64,000 nucleotides of DNA from Marsupella aquatica (lineage: Eukaryota; Plantae; Marchantiophyta), in assembly GCA_973895155.1 (NCBI GenBank), contig OZ316892.1, positions 15,182,861 to 15,246,860 on the forward strand, in the 5' to 3' direction. A model generated the notes under the pieces. The model saw only the letters and a program-made list of their open reading frames with translations. It searched no databases and was not told the origin of the DNA. Positions 25,326 through 37,525 of the stretch are shown here, piece after piece. Made by a program: the position numbers and the translations under genes. Each line of letters starts with the position of its first letter. The stretch's first letter is position 1.

Positions 25326-25886
25326 CTGTTTTAGAGGCGCGAAGCTGGCTCGGCAGCCGTGGCCGGGAGAGACAAAAAAAACGTTTGAGGGGCCCCCAAG
25401 GGTCGACTCGAGCGGGGGCGCAGCTCCCTATGTACAGACTGCGAAGAGCCGGGGGTGGTAGCGAAAAATGGGCACACGGCCCTATACACTGACAATCGGG
25501 AGGTGGCAGGGAGGGACCATGGCCGGAAACTGCAATAATCGGGCCCCAATCGTTGCGCTACGGTCGGGGCAAGTTCACCAGTAGTGTGTGGCCGGGAAAA
25601 TACCGAAAATGGCCCGAAAAGGTCGAACGTGCACGAGGGCGCAGCGCCCTATGCAGCAGCCGGAAGCAAGTTTGCAACAGCAGGTCGGCAATCGACGGAG
25701 GGGTCGCGGATGCACCCGGGAAGGAAAAATTGGGTTCCAATAGAAGCGTTATGTGTATACATAACGTGACATTAAACCCATAATTTCAACTCGTCACTCC
25801 GATGTCCGTCGAAGAAATTGCAATGGCTTCACCAGAAATTGTCGAAATTGCCACGAGCAATCTTCTTCTCCTCACCGCTAACTCGG

Positions 25887-25901
25887 CAGTTCTTCTTGAA
25901 T
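25887..25901 (-). other. Putative self-priming primer-binding site
   Basis: cagttcttcttgaat (25887-25901) is the exact reverse complement of attcaagaagaactg (26043-26057) inside A1 and abuts the A1 boundary. No TGG-type tRNA PBS is present. Confidence 0.75.
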
Positions 25902-26257
25902 AAAAGGCGTAAGAGAAACAATTGTACTGAAATTGAATCGAAAACCGGCAGGATGCCAAGATCGGTCGGGAGCATCTAACGAATCACTGTGTGAATCCCG
26001 TGTACGGAACCGACGAGCACTGTCTGAGCTCTGTCAACAGCGATTCAAGAAGAACTGAAAACCCCCAAAGAAAGACATGCCCTAAGCAAGCAAAGTCCTG
26101 GCGTCACACTAGCAAGCACATTTGCTTCAAGAACGGCCCAGACTTGCTACAAGAACATGTTGCTAACTCAGGCAGTACACTAGCCCTAACTACATACCTA
26201 GCGGGCAGGCGAGGGACATGCCGATGTGCATAAGAGGCACTATCCCTCGGCATGACA
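25900..26257 (-). repeat. Repeat A1 (358 bp), 5' terminus of the element
   Basis: Direct copy of 9851-10208; not followed by B. Confidence 0.95.
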
Positions 26258-26322
26258 CAGCCCCAGTTTTTTATTGGTGACCTTGTGGATAGTTCAGGCA
26301 GTTTCAGGCGCTGCAACACTGG

Positions 26323-26424
26323 TAGACATATGATTTGGCCCTTGGGTTTGTGTTGCCTTGTGTCCCACTGGTTTAGACATATGATTTGGCCCTTGGGTTT
26401 GTGTTGGCTTGTGTCCCACTGGTT
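26323..26424. repeat. 51-bp tandem duplication (2 copies)
   Basis: tagacatatgatttggcccttgggtttgtgttg.cttgtgtcccactggtt at 26323 and 26374. Confidence 0.9.
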
Positions 26425-27701
26425 TTTGCCGCAGTGGCCTCTCAAAGTTTTTCTTCTTGGGGGAAAAAAAAACTCATCTACACTCCAACTTCCTTTTCTC
26501 ATCAACAAACAATCTCATTGACACTTTTATGGACACGTCTTTTATGGCAATGAGTTGCTAGTGATCTTTTAGATTGCGAATCATCCCCCAAAAGCAGGGG
26601 AGTCATTAAGGTGCTTCTTTTGTTGTTTTCGTTATAAGCCACTTAAAATTCTCTGTGTTTTTTTAACAGCAAAGAACCTTTGGGGCAAAGGCTTTCATCC
26701 ACCACTGGCGAAAGGTCCCTCTCAATAACATGGTTCTTTATCTAACTCCAAAACACAGCCTTCCTCATAATTACTCACTAAAAAGTGCTCCAAATACAAT
26801 TCTGCAAGACCTACAAGATACAGTTCTGCACCCGTACAGGTGGGGAGTATGATGCGAAAGTACACATCTGGTGTGGTCTCATCTGTGATTGAAGGTAATT
26901 CTTCGATTTCCTTCGATACCAAGTCAAAGGCTACAAAAAACTGCGAGACATATGCAGTGTTGGACAGAGGAAGCTGGGATGAGTTGGTATGTCACAGGTA
27001 GCGAACGCACTTAACTGTCACCAAAAGTACAAAAGCTTCCGCCTGCAGCCTGGGTTCAGCTATTCCACACCACAATTTCAGCATATGCAGATATCCATGA
27101 AAAGTTAAGCCCCACTCCTTTCAGAATGTCCTTCCAAAATTGTAGCTTTCAATTTGTTAGAGAAGAACACCCTAAATTGGAGTCAGCTGAGTGCAATCCA
27201 ACTTGCAATTCCGCGTTGAATTGCACGAATGTGCCACCAAACTCGAAGATGTTACAATCATTGACTGCTCCCAGAAAACCTGCAAACCTGCAGCTAACAT
27301 TCTATCCAATGCTTCTCGACGTATGTTCAAGCATTTCAATTTTCAACATAGCCCCCAAAAGCTAAAGGGGTAAGATGGCAGTTTAAGGGACTGCAATATT
27401 CCTCTCCCTAAGATGAAAAGATTCGCCCAATGCAAGTAATGAGCAAGAATCAATTTATCTTCATAAGATAATCCCACATTGCATGAACTTACTCGTAAAT
27501 CCTCAAATCTAGCAAAGGTAATCTGTTTATAAGCATCTTGTGCGCGGCTTGCATCTTCTCCGCGCGCGTCCTGTTTCCCCCGCAGAAAGAATGTACAAGC
27601 TCCACTTCATCTAATTTGCAATTGACTAACTGGTTTATGAGGTGCTTTAGAGTCATATTTCCGATCCAAGCTCCTTATAAACTGTACAAATATACAAGCA
27701 A

Positions 27702-29528
27702 CTAAAATTGCCATTCAAGATAGTCCTCTACTTCCTTTTGGCTGTCATAGTCCACTGTATTCCCAATGGTCTTGTCTTTCTCGTGCCCCCATATGTAATT
27801 TAAGCCAACCAACAGCTCTGTAATTGCTGCCTCACTTTTAGCTAGATCTGCAAAATAGAGTGTTTGAAGCAAAAGAATGTTGGAGCGAGCTACGACCTGC
27901 TGCTGCTCGAAGTTGTGCTCAGACTGCCAACGAATCATATTGTGGGCCAGGGGGGTTAACCACGCAAGTATTCTTTCCAAAGCATCCTTCCAATGACTAG
28001 CAATATCACCATCAAAGCCATCTTGCTTCCTCATTCCTGCCTTGAGTCTGGACCTCAGAGCCATTCGCACGCTCTTTGGTAGCATGTTGTACAGATCATC
28101 CCTGGAATCATGAGATATAAGATGTGGAAACTTGATCATCTTCTCAATGATGATGACAACGTTGGCGTAGTGTAAAGCCAGAGCAGCACCTCCAAGGGTG
28201 GTAGACGGGGCGTTATGATGCCTGTGTTTTGGATCAAAGAAGACTTTCCTGGTGTGACCGGTCTGACTGAAAAGATCATGATTTGAAGACACACTGGGTA
28301 TCCTGAAAGGAGTTCTAAGGGGAAATGGTTGAGAGCTGCGGAGGGAGGCCGGGCTGAGGGTCTCTGCCAAATTAGACCATTGAGTGCCTGTCCCAACCTT
28401 ACTAGAAAGGCTGATCGGGTTGTCGTGAGGGCTATCTATTGCGAGGGCCTGAAAATCCATGGACCCCCTCGTAGGGGATTGAAGGCAAGTTTGATAGAGA
28501 GGAAAATAGCAAGGATTAGGTTTTCTAGATTGACTAATGATTGGCCCAGAACTTAGAGCCGGGCGTAAGTCAGAAACCACAGGGGATACTCGAGAGACAT
28601 AAGAGCTACTTACTGAATTTGTGATTGCCCCGCTAACAAAGGTGCGATCATGAGGAGAGCCAGGAGTGAAAGGCCCCACGACTACTGGGCCAATTGAGGA
28701 TTGCCGTTCCAATCCTCTGCGCGGAGGTGGAGGTGTCAGTTTAATAAAGGGCGAAGCTCCAGTCTTCAGAGGAGCGTCTCGTAATCTTTCAACGGGGAAC
28801 AGCTGAGGCAACCCCAGGAGAGGAGAACCAAAGACTGTTATAATTCTTCCATGAATGGTGCACACAGTTCGTGCGAGAAGGGTTACAATTTTGTCATAAG
28901 TGCTATTCCAAAGAGATAAATCTCTCAAGTACTTGATTTCCTGTCGATGCCATAATGCTTTCTCCTCCAGGGCAACCAATGTTTCTCTGTCACGCGGGGT
29001 ACCTGACCCGTCATCCTGCATCCTTCTGATGGCGATCTCCAAATCTCCTAGAATCTCTAGTTCCTGGTACAGATGCGACGTTGAAGCGATGAATTGATCC
29101 ATCTTCTTAACCTTTGCTTCCATGTCTTTGAGAGCGAATTCCCATTTTTGGACATCAATCTTATGCTTCAGTACGTCGTCATAGACATGCTCGAAACCGT
29201 GCAGTACCTGTTCTTGACATTTCTTCCCCAGTCGGGCAACTGCCCCAGCTACTGCTGTCAGGTCCTGGAGTTTTTCCATGCAAGCCAAACTGAGAAGGAC
29301 AGCCTCTTTGTCAGATACCAGGTTTAGAACGCCCTCAGCTTTGATCACATCTGTTCTAAGCCGAAGGATCTCATGATCACTCAAAGACTGCCACAGCAGC
29401 ATGATCTTTGACATTACATTTGCCACCTCAAAGGAAAGGATTCCTATTTTCGCTTTCTCGGGTTTTGCACCCTTCTTCTTCCGATCTCGTTCTATCACCG
29501 CCTTGATGGTGCTCACCTGGCTCCCCAT
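27702..29528 (-). CDS. DUF3475/DUF668 domain protein (PSI-related family), intronless CDS
   Basis: IGILSFEVANVMSK (DUF3475) and TLGGAALALHYANVVIIIEK..RDDLYNMLP..WLTPLAHNMIRWQSE (DUF668). The first ATG gives MGSQVS, an N-myristoylation-like start. Confidence 0.93.
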   Translation of the reverse strand: MGSQVSTIKAVIERDRKKKGAKPEKAKIGILSFEVANVMSKIMLLWQSLSDHEILRLRTDVIKAEGVLNLVSDKEAVLLSLACMEKLQDLTAVAGAVARLGKKCQEQVLHGFEHVYDDVLKHKIDVQKWEFALKDMEAKVKKMDQFIASTSHLYQELEILGDLEIAIRRMQDDGSGTPRDRETLVALEEKALWHRQEIKYLRDLSLWNSTYDKIVTLLARTVCTIHGRIITVFGSPLLGLPQLFPVERLRDAPLKTGASPFIKLTPPPPRRGLERQSSIGPVVVGPFTPGSPHDRTFVSGAITNSVSSSYVSRVSPVVSDLRPALSSGPIISQSRKPNPCYFPLYQTCLQSPTRGSMDFQALAIDSPHDNPISLSSKVGTGTQWSNLAETLSPASLRSSQPFPLRTPFRIPSVSSNHDLFSQTGHTRKVFFDPKHRHHNAPSTTLGGAALALHYANVVIIIEKMIKFPHLISHDSRDDLYNMLPKSVRMALRSRLKAGMRKQDGFDGDIASHWKDALERILAWLTPLAHNMIRWQSEHNFEQQQVVARSNILLLQTLYFADLAKSEAAITELLVGLNYIWGHEKDKTIGNTVDYDSQKEVEDYLEWQF

Positions 29529-32500
29529 TGTAAACCACAATATTTGAATACTACGATATTCCTAACCGCACCATAGTCTCGAGGGACGTGGATGACACAT
29601 ATGAACTAGAACACCGTGCCCCGTACTGTAAATTTCTTGTCTTTTTCACGCCACTTCAGAGCTTCACTGTTATATAAGTTGGGGTGGTCCTGTACTCCCT
29701 TTGTGGTCACCTGAATTCTAAACCTCGCAGAACCCTGCCATCCACAAGAAACGTAGAATAAATAACTCGGCGACAAGAGTGAGAAAATGTTTACAACCCA
29801 GTATTAAATTCCAAGTCAGTCACCTGCAGTACAACGTCCTTCAAAGATTCGACGGACTGCAGAACGAATCCGGTTGCTAGTCCGCTTCACAATTCTAAGT
29901 CAACTTTCCCCGCACTCTAAAATCCCTGCCTATTGTCGGGACAGCTCAATCACACTGGTTGGGGCACCCAGCTCGCTTTTGCTGGAAGAAAAACCTCTAT
30001 CTGAGAGCCACTTTGACACTCAGAACTAAGCCCTTCACTGAGATGTCAATCAAAACCTATGAAACAAGGTTTTCTGGAGCATCGTGGCAAAAGACCATCC
30101 TCTGATCTAGAAGCTGAAAGACCACGGCAGAGAAACCGGAGTGGGGAGCTATCATCGATGGAAGGGAAGGCGTTGAGTGTAGAATTGCATTCGGTAGTGA
30201 ACAGATGAATGGTTCGTGCAATTCGCACTTACAACTTGCGGTGGAAGGCAATCACGAGAACAGGTAATTGTGATCCGGAGAACAAGCAATCTAATGGAAA
30301 GGAACCATAGAAGTCTCGCTTAGTGCCTTCCACATTCATTTCGCAAGGCCGGCAGGGCGGCTCTCTACGCTTTCTCGATGCCGTCTATCTAAAGACATTC
30401 GGATCTGACCCAATCATTATTGCTCTGACTGAAAGGATAGCCTTCATCGATCACTCAAGGGCCAGACAACGCAGAGTTTGCAGTGAACTGAACAACCATA
30501 GATAACATAACTCTCAATCGAAAGGAAGCAATTGAAGAGTTGGGGAGCTGCCTCACCTAAGCTCGCTAGACAGAACGAGTGTCTTCCGTTCATTCCGTGT
30601 ATCTTCAAACCCATTGCGTAAAACAACACAGGAGTCGTGTCCACACCTTAACTCCACTTCCCGGGTACAGCACTACCAGATGGTAACAGAGTCTATCGGC
30701 AAGTGATGATCTGGCACTTTGCCTGGGTATCCTGCCGCCGCTGTTAATGAAAAAACTCCACGATCGCCTGTCCAAGGGCCCCAGAAATTGACCTTCTCTG
30801 GTTCAATAGCACGCTCCCATCCTCAACACTGGAAGTGAACCGCAACCCCCAATTCCAGCAAGAGTGGAATCCTGCCGCCCCACAAAACTTTGGAACTCCC
30901 GGAATTTTGTCCCTGCTTTGAATGACATAATCTCATCAGCTTTTCGAGGATTTCATGATAAAGTTTATGTGTATCATCCTGTGAACAAATTATTCAAAAG
31001 AAGAAATCGACTTCACCACCAGCCACTTACTGGCAACGATTTGTCTACCGAAGGATCGAATCCACTACTGAGAGCTGAAGCCCTATACTCCAGTCTTCTA
31101 TGTGCCCGCCGCCGGCCCGTGGCACCCGTTTGTCTCCCATCCCCTCTTGTCCTAGAAATCGCCCAAGAATTCATTCAGATATTCATCACAAACATTTCGG
31201 TCACCTCCACACTTGACTTGCCGGGAGTCAGACATGTTCTGGTGCTAGCTAGCCAGCTAGCAGACCACAGCAACACCTCAGCTGTTCTCTACTCCTCTCT
31301 AAAACGCGTTAAGCCGATCCGCACACAATCATCATCCTTTTGCTCCGCAAGGTCGTCGTCCTCCACGGCATCTGCCGAACACACGAATGCAGTATTCTGT
31401 CGCGAGGACGAGCGGGAGAGAGTGCAAGTTGGGGGTGTCGATGAAGAAAGCTACCACCCTCCCCACTGCCTGCCTCTTCCTGCCTTGCTCTATCCCTTGG
31501 CTTCGTGCAGCTTCCTCTGCCCAACCTCTGCCCAGCCGAAAAGTCTTCACTCTCATCAGTAGACTCCGTCTCCGTCCGATCAATCGATCCTTCGTCTCGC
31601 GGCCAAAGCCGAGCCGAGGCGAGCCGAGCCCAGCCAAGCCCGCCGTGCTCGGACAGCTGCACTCCTACGACTTTTTCTTCGCTCCCCTCCGCTCTTCTGC
31701 GACAAGTTCGCTCCTGCTGATTATAATAAACTTTACCCGGCGCACACCTCACCTCACCTCGCTTCACCTCGCTCGAAGCAGATTAATCTGCAACATATTA
31801 TTGCACTGAAAGTTTGTGACTACCGCTCTCCTATCCAGAACCGCAAGCACAGTAAACCTTCACACTACAAACCCCATACTCATCGATGCCTTCTACAAGC
31901 TTTCTCTCCAACCCCGGGATTTGCACACTCACTCTCTCTCGTCTCTCTCTCGTCTCTCTCTGGCCTCGGAATCTAAGAGATTCATTCTTCCGCTGCAAAA
32001 GACACAAATCCGTTGCGAACTCGATCGTCGGCTACTCTTCCTCCTGCAATAGTAGTATCGGGATACTAAACTCGCCGCCGAGGCAGACTTGATGATGAGA
32101 GACTACTGCACCCATTCGATTCGATTCACCCGAGGGCCCCTGTACAATAATGATGACTAGTGCCCCGAGCAACGACGATGGGATCAGGACGAGACCAACC
32201 TCTCTCCTCGCCGTCACGCAATTTTACAGTAGAAGTCGAAGGCCAGGACAGAAATGCCGACCGGACCTCGTCCTTCCTGGTCCTGTTGTTGACTCCTGTA
32301 GTAGTCCTGCTCCTGCAATACTGATATTGTTGTTCTGTGACTCTGTGAGGTCCCGTTGCTCTTTTTCCAGTCTGATCTCCGTGTATCCAGACTAGACCAA
32401 ACCGGACCAATCGAACTGGATCAAACCAGACCAGAAATATCGGAACCAGCCCAAACCAGACCAGACGTCGACCTGTCTCTAGCACTTCAGGTCCATGTCC

Positions 32501-34931
32501 CCAGCCAGACCAGGCAGTCGGGTCAGTCCGTCAGTCGTGACTAGGGACTAATAAGGGACTAGGGACTAGGGACTAGGGACTCGGGAAGTACAAAGTTGCG
32601 TCAACCCTGGCAGTATGTTGTTCTCCATAGTAATCAATTTGTTACTCCGTACAAAATGATGAAGTTTACCACAACCCTGTAACTTGATGTACAGCAGGGA
32701 GACCGATGCCGGCAAATCCGTGTTTTTTCTCATCAAATCACGTGAAATAGATTTCACACAAGGGGGGGGGAGAGGGGTATCCCCCCTATTTGCATGAGCC
32801 CATCATTGCGCAATTGACCTATCAAAATGAAGTCAATAGTGGTGCGATTCCTAAACTCGGTCCTGTACCCCTGTTTTGGTTTGCAGGGTTCGTTGCCATT
32901 GCCTGATGGTTGTGATCCATGTGTGGGGGAGGCAGATGCTTGTGGGTAATTTCTGTGTTTCTGATTGTTTTCAATAACACTCTATCCTGTATCCAGTAGC
33001 CATGACTACATTCCAAAATAAACTAGAAAATAAGAGGCTGGGCATCTTTGGGAAAGCCCAACATTCAGCCATCAACAAGTTTCCCAAGTGCTCTTGACCA
33101 ATAAGTTGGACAATGGGATCCAATGGGAACTAAAGATGAAAGAACCCAACTGGAGGACCCCAAAAACCAACAGCACTCATAAAATGGCGGGGAGCCGAAG
33201 CAACCGTGGGCAGGCAACAAGTTGCAAGGCAGAACCCGGTTGTCCTATGGGCTCCCTACCAAGAATTCCCAAAGCAAAGGTAGGTGGAAGGGGCGACCAA
33301 ACCGGCCAGCAACGTACAATGAAGTGGGGTCAGCCACCTAAGGAGGACGCCAACCCAAGGGCTCCTCCTGGTTATTTCAAGTGTGCAAGGTGGGTCACTA
33401 TAAAAACGATGTCCACAGGCCAAAGGAAATTCACCAGGCAGGGAGGACTAGGTAAGGCTCAACTTGGTGCAAGTGGAGCCCAAAGTTCTAGATCCCAATG
33501 CTGATGAACTAGACAGTAAGTAAGCTTTGCTTGGGGTCATCTTTGTTAGGCCAAAAACATAGTGGGATGCACCATTGATCTTTGATTTCCTGACGAGAAT
33601 GGTGAATGGATGCCTTGATTGATGATTGTGGATGTGGAAGACAGTGGCTAACTAGTGTGATCCTGCATTGGTTGCATTGATACCACAGCTTTGAAAAACT
33701 TCATAAGTGAAGGGCTGTGATGGAAACTAGGAGTCTCAACAGTACCACCTCCAGGCACACCACAATCATGCAAGTTTTGGTATTGTAACTCATAAAGTCT
33801 CTAGGTTAGAACTAGGTCTTAACAGGAGAATCAAGCAGTTTAACTTTAGAGAGGATCTTTATATCTAAGACTGTATATAACTACATATTTCCCCTTTTAT
33901 GTGGCCTGGTATGTTGTATCAAGAGGCATCTTACGTCGTCATGGATCTTAGAATAGAGTTAGTTTATATCTATGAATTTTTATTAAGCGTTGGCATGTAA
34001 TACTTCACCCTAAAGAGGAATTTCTTGCAAACCCAGAAGAGTGCAAGAAATACCTCAAAATTAGGGGATTTGCCCGAGTGGTCTAGGCATGTTGGGGAAT
34101 GAGTAAGCATAAAGGCAACAGAATCAAGACCAAGCTAATCACTCTCAAGCAACTCCAAAAGGACTTGAGGAACAGCTTTCAGACTTGGCAAAGTCGGGGG
34201 CAAATTCAAGGGCAGATTTGCTACAAGTCAATCAACATTACTCCAACCAAGGAAGAGAAGGAAGCCAAGAAGGCAAAGACAAAAAAAGGCAACGGGTGAT
34301 ACACAGGAAGAGGTTAAGTCCATTATTGATATGTTTATAAACGTGCTTTTGGATTCACTGTTGCCTTGCATATCACCAGATTGATTTGAAACCAGGGTCT
34401 ACCTTATCGGAGGAGCTTGTCGGAACGACAACTGTTGATGGATTCCTGAGCGGAGTAGGAAGCCCACAGGTTCAAAAGGCCAAGTGTGACGCCTATGGTG
34501 CTCTGGTGATGTTTGTCACCAATGAAAATGGATGGAACCCAGTGGTGGACCTCGTCACCCAGCGCCCTCACCAATCCCAGCACTCACGCCTAAGTGCCCT
34601 TGGTGCCCGAACGCCTCCACGGAATACCTTGAGCAAGTAAACTAGTGCTCCTTGCACCGCCCGCGGCCCCTCCCATACGAAGCCGCACTTGCTCTCTAAC
34701 TCAACTGCTACTCAACGGTCCTCCCTATCTGCACAAGTAACCAAGCACCTCGGTAAGTAACCCTTCAGGATCTAGAACTCGTCAAGTCTAGCATCCTACT
34801 CAAGCTCAATAGACGTTGGTAAATAGGTCAGCGATAGGTCCTCCGGATGCCATAAGCCGGAACCAGAACCCACGCCCACTGTCCGTCCAGGACAGCTCCT
34901 TCCTTGGGCGCAGCTCGGGTTCCCCCTCGTA

Positions 34932-35313
34932 CCTATCCATCACCAACTGACCGCCCTGACCTCAGGACATACTCATGGCCCAAGTAGCGTAGCTTGTCCT
35001 AAAGCTTGTCCCAACATGCCGGGACCAGAATGGCCCCGACTCCTGAATCCAACCCACGATTCGCACTACTGATGGTCTAGGGGCCGAACTCTCTTGGGGC
35101 TCAACCTCACACCTACTTGGCCTTGTCTCCCCAACGCAAGCTCCCTTGGGAGATTGAACGCGGCTTGGCTGCTGTTCGGCGAGATTTGGCAAGCGGGCGA
35201 GCTAACACCCGCAAACCCCGAGAACCCATGGTGCCCCCAGACCCAGCTGAGCTCAGAAGAACGTAGCCCTCCTCAAGAGCTTTCCAACGCACCCAAGAAG
35301 TCCTCCAACGGAC
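34932..35313 (+). repeat. Dispersed repeat, diverged copy of 50772-51140 (probable fragment of another element)
   Basis: Colinear from cctatccatca..ctgaccgccctg to caagaagtcctccaa.ggac in both copies. Confidence 0.8.
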
Positions 35314-36760
35314 TTCTGGTTGGGAAAATATCATCATTTCCGTTTGGCGGTTTCCCTTAGTGTCGCGACCGCCGTGGCTCACGACTTCAGCTCACCCTTA
35401 GCCCCCAGGGAGACATCACTCCCCTCATATATGCTCTGGGGGACTGCCACCCCTGGACCAGCTTTGGTCCCTAAATATTTGGCCCCCAACCCGGATCCCA
35501 TCGCGCATAATGGGTGCGCCACCAACTGGCAACGCCCATAACTTTCTTGATAGGCATCCGCAAGCGGAGTGCCTTAGCCCATTGTGACCGGGTCAACCCA
35601 GTGCTCATGCCTAGGCCCTCAGGTCTGATCGCCGCTCAGGCCCCCCGACCGGCCCAACCGGGATTGGGCCACAACTTGCGCCCCAAGCGTCCGTTGCCAA
35701 TGGCGTCAACTCCATTGGCCTTGGGCCCAAGAGGAGCTCACACTCAAGCCCCCAGAACTCAAAGTTCATCCAGAGGTCCGAACGGCCATCCTTGAGCCCA
35801 GCCCATTTCCCCTTGACCCGACCAGCCATCGGTCAGTCCAAGTCCTTAGTGTGTGTCCCCAGCTTGGCTCCTTGCCTCGCTAGTGCCACGTCTCATTGCC
35901 CACAAGTCTCCCCATGCTAAGTCCTCCCCGGATGGCCTATCCGGGCGTGGACCATAAGGGAGCTCGGCGTCGGAGTCAGCGACGCCGGAGCTAAGTGTTA
36001 AGGTAGTCGAGTTTCGCAACTAACCCTCCCCCTTTGTGTGGATTGCCATGCACTCAAAAAACAGACAATGAAGAACAAATACCCATTACCTCACCAAGAC
36101 TACTTGTTCAATGCTTTGGTGGATGTTGAGAAAGGTCTAGCCAAGTACTTTTCTAAGCTGGACCTTAGGACAGGATATAACCAGGTCCAGGTGGCCAAGG
36201 GCCACAATAGTTTGATGGCAATTAGGACTTGATTTGGGTCCTACAAGTTTTTGGTGATGTCTTTTAGCTTATCCCATGCTTGGGCTATGTTCATGAGTTC
36301 CATGATCTGTTGGACCAAGAGGTGGCGGTCTTCTTGGATGATATCTTGGTTTAGGGAAGACTCTGGACGAGCATAACGGCCTTTTGCAAGAAGTGCTGAA
36401 GACTTTGTGAGACAATGCTCTGCATGGAAAGCCTAGTAAGTGCAACTTTGTCATCCAACAAGTTGAGTTCCCTCTGCCACATGATCGCACCAAAAGGGAT
36501 GACCCCAAGCCTGGACATGTCAAGGTCATTCAAGAATGGGAGACACCTACCAATCTCAAGGAAACTTGCTTGTTAGTAGGTTTTGTATATATCCTTCTAT
36601 CAAAGTTCCATCAAGAACTTTGGGAAGGTGCTATGTCCCTTGTACAGCTTGTCAAAGAAAGGCAAGGTGTTTTTTTGTCCAAAGAATGCAAGGCAGCACC
36701 CCAGGAGTTGAAGGAGGCAATGATGTTGCTTCCAGTTTTGAACTTACCCGAGGCGGAAAA

Positions 36761-37105
36761 TGTTGAGCATAGACGACAGTTGCAACGGCAAGCCCATGAA
36801 CCATCGAACGCACAAGTATCGACACAGAGAGATACATGGTTCACCTCCACATGAGACCACATCCCCGGGAACACACAAGAGCTTTACTGCACTCTAGGCT
36901 GACCGGCCATCCCAAGCATTCACAACACAAACTCTCCCTATCTCTCAATTGGCTCCGTAAAAATGAGCCTGAGTTCCTACTCTCCAAGCAAACACCATTT
37001 GGGTATAGTGTGTGTGTAACATGACTAACCTAACCTAGTCTGCGACTAAGGTTAGCCCTAATTGCGGTACAGTCGTTTCTGTACCCCTAAGAGTATATCC
37101 TAACA
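36761..37105 (-). mobile_element. Solo LTR related to the Copia LTR at 11077
   Basis: TG..CA ends and a 3' half that matches the Copia LTR. Flanks are gaaaa/aaaaa (TSD with 1 mismatch). Removing it restores LPEAEKPYEIW. Confidence 0.9.
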
Positions 37106-37525
37106 AAAAAGCCTTATGAGATATGGACGGACACGTTGAATTTTGATATTAGGGCTGTCCATAACCAAGATAATCAGCTCGTGGGATATCTATCAGTCAA
37201 GGTGGAGAACAAGTGGCCGACTCAAGAGCAGAAACACTATTGTTTGTGCAATGAAACAATGGTACATCCATCTCATGGAATCCCGGCACATACCCAATTT
37301 CAATGATAATATCTATGTGACTTATTTCTTGGCTTAATCCAAGTCATTGCCAATGCAATGCCGCTGGCCAGAGCGCATCCAAAAGTTCCCTAATTATAAG
37401 ATCCAATATAAACCAAGGGAGAACTTAGTGGCGGATGCCTTATTGAGGCATGAGATTTGGTTGAAAGGTGCATTGTCAAATCCAATTCACTAGACAAGTT
37501 GCTCAGGGCCTATGCATACAATTGC

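Larger units (their letters stand above)
9675..26257 (-). mobile_element. Ty3/Gypsy-type retroelement carrying a DNA methyltransferase and a PHD finger, with split direct repeats (A1...B1-A2-B2); decayed and interrupted by a Copia
   Basis: Element-strand ends are TGTCATG (26257) and CACGACA (9675). CAGC flanks both sides (9671-9674 and 26258-26261). Domain order is gag-PR-DNMT-RT-RH-INT-PHD. Confidence 0.92.

Noticed and set aside
9675-26257. DIRS/Ngaro tyrosine-recombinase element
   Set aside because: The repeat layout fits, but it encodes a protease and a DDE integrase, has a TSD, and shows no recognisable recombinase. Its MTase is C5-type, not the adenine type found in DIRS.
30864-32544. 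Cluster of 60-232 aa ORFs on both strands
   Set aside because: No recognisable domains and low-complexity sequence. This is probably the 5' UTR, intron or promoter region of the DUF668 gene.
32540-32580. GGGACTA heptamer run
   Set aside because: A short simple repeat with no further structure.
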